Assembly: GCF_006345805.1 (NCBI RefSeq)
Contig: NC_043008.1
Location: 53,134,001 to 53,198,000 of the forward strand
DNA from: Octopus sinensis
Taxonomy: Eukaryota
DNA length: 64,000 nucleotides
Direction of reading: 5' to 3'
Positions 63,307 to 64,000 of this stretch are shown piece by piece (positions within the stretch are counted from its first letter, which is position 1; each line of letters starts with the position of its first letter). The notes beneath the pieces are model-generated. The model saw only the letters and a program-made list of their open reading frames with translations, ran no database searches and was not told where the DNA came from. The position numbers and the translations under genes were made by a program.

Positions 63307-64000
63307 GTTTCACCACCACCACCACCTCATCATCATCATCATCATCATCTTCATTAACACTATGATTGTCATCAGCAGCAACAGTTGCAGCCGTTCAAGA
63401 ATTTTTTCTTTTCCAAGGTCTGGGGTCTCCTGCCCCTAAGCCCTAGACCATCACCTAATTTACCCTTACCCGTCTTGTTGCTTAACAACAACAACAGGAA
63501 CAGTAGCATCCTCTTCTCCCTGATCATCCTCATCATTACCACCACCACCACTACCACTACTGCCACTGTCACCACCATTGTTTTATGAGGGTATTTTTCA
63601 TGTTAGCATAAGTTAGATTCATCCTCTTCACTTTTACACACACACACATAATTAATTAATGATTAAGCTAACATTGATCACATTGCATATTGAATCTTAG
63701 TCTCGACTTATATAGCTTCGTGTTTTACATTTTGCTTTTGGCATCGGAACCTCGCTTCCTCTCTATTTGCATGTGTGTGTGTATGTGTGTGTATTCACTA
63801 AGATTCAAATACAAACACATACATGCAAACAAACAGGCATAAACACAAACACACATGCTTACATGAAGCACTCAGATGATGTTTCACTATTCTGTATAAC
63901 TCATAACTGAAGTCTCTAGTGTCACACGGTACACATATATTTTTATATATATAATCAGTGAAGCACATTCACTGATTTTCAAAAATAGAAATGTTATCAC

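Noticed and set aside
714-63588. Dozens of ORFs rich in YI, CV, HT, LSIY, poly-H/M/D/K/F/V
   Set aside because: They are translations of di-, tri- and tetranucleotide microsatellites that lack stops; no domains or splice support.

Overview
AT-rich eukaryotic DNA full of microsatellites. The SINE/RTE repertoire and the (TA)n/(CA)n/(GATA)n/(ATC)n load look like an Octopus (coleoid cephalopod) genome; this is an inference from remembered repeat families, not a database search. I found no protein-coding host gene with confidence. Almost all ORFs in the track are microsatellite read-through, so the window is probably intergenic or inside a very long intron. It is a mosaic of tRNA-derived SINEs, 5'-truncated RTE and L1/Tx1 LINEs, mariner relics and MITEs, non-autonomous Helitrons and Penelope-like (PLE) relics. 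The main signal is a set of short elements sitting in (TA)n tracts that carry minimal type I hammerhead ribozyme (HHR) folds with self-complementary stem III. Two have fully canonical cores (21883-21975 minus, 46731-46775 minus). One has a compensated G3-C8 core (36405-36455 plus). Several more are near-intact or decayed, often with inverted or snap-back arms. Also notable: a Tx1-like LINE inserted into (GATA)n, a mariner made of two inverted 5' halves, a 3-nt microexon/recursive-splice-site candidate, and CpG-retaining unique islands. All folds and translations were done by eye. Boundaries of degenerate repeats are approximate (tens of bp).
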